From IMG/VR virus record IMGVR_UViG_3300009070_000001, positions 1-64,000 of that record: 64,000 nucleotides of DNA; one strand, written 5' to 3'. Under the pieces are notes generated by a model. The model had not been told where the DNA came from and searched no databases. It was given only the letters and a program-made list of their open reading frames with translations. A program made the position numbers and the translations under genes. Position 1 is the stretch's first letter. Each line of letters begins with the position of its first letter. The DNA is from a virus. Lineage: Duplodnaviria > Caudoviricetes. Shown here piece by piece: positions 61,274-64,000 of the stretch.

Positions 61274-61516
61274 TTATTCATATACGAGATCTAATCTCCA
61301 CACATGATAGGCTAAGGGACTATATCCCCAACTTGAGCGGCCAGTTAAACTAATAATATAAGGTCTTAAGGCCTGACTTCTAGTTTTGTTATAATTAAAA
61401 TATACAATAGGAAGATTTTTATAAAACAAACCAGCTAGACAGCTATTAAGATCTAAAACTTTATATGTAAGATCTTGTAATTTAAGTTTTTTATTCTTCA
61501 TCAAACGAATAAACAT
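61274..61516 (-). CDS. Small protein, YxN[LI]P family
   Basis: LFYKNLPIV...IISLTGRSSWGY. Confidence 0.7.
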   Translation of the reverse strand: MFIRLMKNKKLKLQDLTYKVLDLNSCLAGLFYKNLPIVYFNYNKTRSQALRPYIISLTGRSSWGYSPLAYHVWRLDLVYE

Positions 61517-61745
61517 AAATCAAAGGATTTGTTCTAGGATAAAAATCTTGTAGAGTATCACTATCAATATTTTTCTTAAAAGATTTATTATAAACACTAC
61601 AAATTCTAGAAGAAAGAATATTACTCTTATCAATCATAATTGTAAGGTTAGCATGTTTAATTAATGTAAATAAATAAGTATATTTACGCCCCAAATCTTC
61701 GTCTTCGGGCTGTTCATCTCTAAAATGATCTTCGATAAATAACAT

Positions 61746-61964
61746 TTATTTTTCTCTCTTACAAAATTTATAGCTATTATGAGTTAACGTCTTGTAATCC
61801 CAACTATTTTCGCCTGTAAGTTTAATAATGATACTTCCAAAAGTGTCATTTACCTTACGAGGATTTATAAATATACAAAGAGGTATATTTTTATAGGATA
61901 CCCTACCCCATTGTTGACGATCTATGTCATCATATTGATAAATTAAATTATTTATATCTAGCAT
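61746..61964 (-). CDS. Small protein, YxN[LI]P family
   Basis: VSYKNIPLC...IIKLTGENSWDY. Confidence 0.7.
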   Translation of the reverse strand: MLDINNLIYQYDDIDRQQWGRVSYKNIPLCIFINPRKVNDTFGSIIIKLTGENSWDYKTLTHNSYKFCKREK

Positions 61965-62182
61965 AGTTCATAAAAAGACCATATATCAGAATCATTCGTA
62001 GAGTTATAGGACCATTTGGTTACATTTGTAAGAGATTTAATATATCTATAAAACAAATTTTCCGGAAAACTTTCCGATTTACTTATCTGATTATCCCAAA
62101 CAAAAATAGGAATATTTTTATAATAAAGTATATAATGATTTGGAGAAGTTTTTGTATTAAAATAAAAATCAGTTATTTCCAT
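61958..62182 (-). CDS. Small protein, YxN[LI]P family
   Basis: LYYKNIPIF...IKSLTNVTKWSY. Confidence 0.7.
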   Translation of the reverse strand: MEITDFYFNTKTSPNHYILYYKNIPIFVWDNQISKSESFPENLFYRYIKSLTNVTKWSYNSTNDSDIWSFYELC

Positions 62183-62391
62183 AAGCTATACTGTTTCGGT
62201 CCAATAACTTTTACTTGCCACATACTAGTTTCAGTTATTTTTTTTATAAGGTCACTATAGTCAGTTCCATAATTATATTCTTCTTTATTTTCTTTATATA
62301 TAAAGATAGGTAAATTATTATAATGAACATAGTATTTTACTATGCCATAAGACTCATCTAAACAAAAATTTATATTATTTATATTTAATAT
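62173..62391 (-). CDS. Small protein, YxN[LI]P family; missed by the ORF track (no ATG/GTG/TTG start, possible ATA)
   Basis: Manual translation ILNINNINFCLDESYGIVKYYVHYNNLPIFIYKENKEEYNYGTDYSDLIKKITETSMWQVKVIGPKQYSLWK*; ends approximate. Confidence 0.6.
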   Translation of the reverse strand: MLNINNINFCLDESYGIVKYYVHYNNLPIFIYKENKEEYNYGTDYSDLIKKITETSMWQVKVIGPKQYSLWK

Positions 62392-62606
62392 TTTAAACCC
62401 TTAGGACGAACTAATAAATAATAGGTATTTATAATTCTTTCATGGATAGTAGATTTTTTATCTAGAAGATCTCTTTGTAATTTAATACTAGTAAATTCTT
62501 CCGTAGTTCTAACTGCAAAAGGTATATTATTTATATACCAGATTTGATTGACTACTCGATTAGTGAAATCAGGGGAATAGTAATTAACGTATCCAAATCT
62601 AGTCAT
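62385..62606 (-). CDS. Small protein, YxN[LI]P family
   Basis: WYINNIPFA. Confidence 0.65.
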   Translation of the reverse strand: MTRFGYVNYYSPDFTNRVVNQIWYINNIPFAVRTTEEFTSIKLQRDLLDKKSTIHERIINTYYLLVRPKGLKY

Positions 62607-62937
62607 AAATTATTGTCGGTCAAAAGTAGGACTGAAATATCATCGTATTTAATAATTTTTTTGTCATAGTGCCAATACAATAAAGGAGTAAAAGCTGTTT
62701 CGTGTCTACTATAGCGATCCGAGCCACGAGATCTTAAAGCTGTTCTTAACTTAAACATATACATGTGGTGCTTAACAATTTGCTTAAGATACATTTTTCC
62801 ATCATAAGAACAATATCTACCTACTAAAACTGGTTGCTTACAACAATCGTTGTAATTAAAACTGTAATAACAGTCTTTATCTTTTACATAGTAAGCCCCT
62901 TCGGGGAAAACTTTTTTATAAAATTCTGGAATAGTTG

Positions 62938-63162
62938 CTACAATTGGGAACATTCATTTTTATTTCTTATTCTAAGATTTATTGAGTCTGCTTCAGTTAT
63001 ATCTAATAGACTATAAATATATTTTTTATATAAATCCCAACAATTTGGCTCTTCTATAAAAAATGTTCCTACAGGTAGATTTGCCATATATAAAATAATA
63101 CGGCTACGCTCTGATCGTTGATTACGATATGTTTCATAACAGATATATTTATGAAACTTCAT
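62938..63162 (-). CDS. Small protein, YxN[LI]P family
   Basis: LYMANLPVG. Confidence 0.65.
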   Translation of the reverse strand: MKFHKYICYETYRNQRSERSRIILYMANLPVGTFFIEEPNCWDLYKKYIYSLLDITEADSINLRIRNKNECSQL

Positions 63163-63349
63163 AATAATCACTTAGTATTGGTTTAAAATAAAATTCAAAA
63201 TATTTATTTGGAAATATTTTTTTAATTACAGACTTGTAGTCTCCCTTATAAGCAGTATTTAATGAAAAAAGAGGAACATTATTCCAATAAAACACACCAT
63301 TCCACTTAGTGGGGTGAGAATTTGTATAAAAAATTCTATAATATAACAC
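63149..63349 (-). CDS. Small protein, YxN[LIV]P family
   Basis: FYWNNVPLF. Confidence 0.65.
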   Translation of the reverse strand: MLYYRIFYTNSHPTKWNGVFYWNNVPLFSLNTAYKGDYKSVIKKIFPNKYFEFYFKPILSDYYEVS

Positions 63350-63623
63350 TAGAAATATTGGACTTCCTTTTTTAGAAAAAATTTACGAGGAGTAGTTAGG
63401 CTCTCAACATAATCCCATTCAGTTTCTTCAGCAGAATTAGAAATTTTATTTACTAAATAATGATTATCGTATAAATTACACTCGGTTCTAGAGTCTAGAA
63501 TCCAAACAGTAACATTACCTAGAAGGTAATATTCAAACCAGCTACCTTTATGATCTACTATGTGAGTAGTTAAAATATTTTCCATAAATCTCCAAAAGAA
63601 AATAGCCCCTTGCGGGGCTTCTC

Positions 63624-63794
63624 TTACTCTTTTAATTTCAAGAGCAGAGACTTTGCCTTTTGAAGGCCCCAGTAACGTCCTGTGTCGGTTTCACAAGCCT
63701 TACCTGCCTTCTCGGCTCTGTCAATCCTGGCCTCCGTTCGAGAAATTTCTTTATCGAGCTTTTCCAGGACTTCCAGTTTATTCAGTTTTTTCAT
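63624..63794 (-). CDS. 56-aa helical protein in its own transcription unit; missed by the ORF track
   Basis: AGGAGG RBS; MKKLNKLEVLEKLDKEISRTEARIDRAEKAGKACETDTGRYWGLQKAKSLLLKLKE; terminator hairpin at 63603-63620. Confidence 0.7.
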   Translation of the reverse strand: MKKLNKLEVLEKLDKEISRTEARIDRAEKAGKACETDTGRYWGLQKAKSLLLKLKE

Positions 63795-63812
63795 TGCTTA
63801 CCTCCTGGACTA

Positions 63813-63855
63813 ATAATAACATAGTCAGTAAGCTGTGTCTATTGCCAAATTGTTA
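63813..63855 (-). promoter_or_regulatory. Sigma70-type promoter with a phased box
   Basis: TAACA-atttggcaa-TAGACA-N17-TATTAT (TG extension); geometry matches 34460-34502. Confidence 0.75.
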
Positions 63856-63999
63856 ACGGAATAAAGTAAATCCATCAGGAAGATATCCAGAAGCTTCTCC
63901 TTTAAACTTTTTTCCTTTTATAAGTTTAATGTATTCTACCCAAGGAGTTTCTAGTTCCCAACTTTCATTTTTTCGAATTCTTATTAGAATATTGTTGTA
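63853..63999 (-). CDS. YxN family member truncated by the window end
   Basis: YNNILIRIRKNESWELETPWVEYIKLIKGKKF... Confidence 0.55.
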   Translation of the reverse strand, partial: YNNILIRIRKNESWELETPWVEYIKLIKGKKFKGEASGYLPDGFTLFR

Positions 64000-64000
64000 A

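Noticed and set aside
5618-63855. Assigning the phased boxes to a specific regulator (PhoP, WalR, RpaB, NtcA) or naming the host
   Set aside because: Several OmpR-family motifs look alike, and the boxes are direct repeats rather than the NtcA palindrome. The sequence alone cannot identify the regulator or host.
63653-63856. Plus-strand 67-aa ORF
   Set aside because: Antisense to the minus-strand cassette that has its own promoter, RBS and terminator.
1-64000. Stop-codon reassignment (TAG or TGA), suggested by in-frame stops at 22336 and 36321
   Set aside because: Conserved long genes are uninterrupted in code 11. TAG and TGA end many genes exactly where the next begins. No suppressor tRNA is present in the window.

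Overview
This is a 64-kb segment of a large, AT-rich tailed dsDNA phage (Caudoviricetes) read in the standard genetic code. It opens with the C-terminus of an HK97-fold major capsid protein and a free-standing HNH endonuclease. About 14.7 kb of accessory genes follow: NADAR, MT-A70 and class I methyltransferases, thioredoxin, ThyX, a stand-alone BCS1-N-like domain and a monomeric PheRS-like ligase. Next come a glycosyltransferase, head-completion genes and fibre genes (15.4-23.2 kb). Then comes a long run of small hypothetical genes, with a BI-1/YccA + subtilase operon, an SF1 helicase, two tRNAs (Arg-UCU, and an Ile-UAU with a long variable arm), an RNase H-like protein, a metallophosphoesterase and HTH proteins. 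A visibly GC-richer, two-part module at about 50.2-59.1 kb carries repeat-rich non-coding heads. A structured strand-switch region lies at about 59.1-59.5 kb, after which genes run on the minus strand. Structure not visible in the ORF track: (1) about 11 promoters carry (T/G)TAACA-like boxes at 11-bp period, in near-fixed phase with the -10 element; (2) three dispersed full-length paralogs of an HTH protein each sit behind such a promoter; (3) at least 17 highly diverged 65-85 aa paralogs share a Y-x-N-[LIV]-P-[ILF]-type core in three arrays; (4) the two non-coding heads share an ordered motif set, including three copies of a 37-bp element; (5) the Ile tRNA is atypical; (6) several genes are broken by single lesions. 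All calls were made by eye; no database searches were run.
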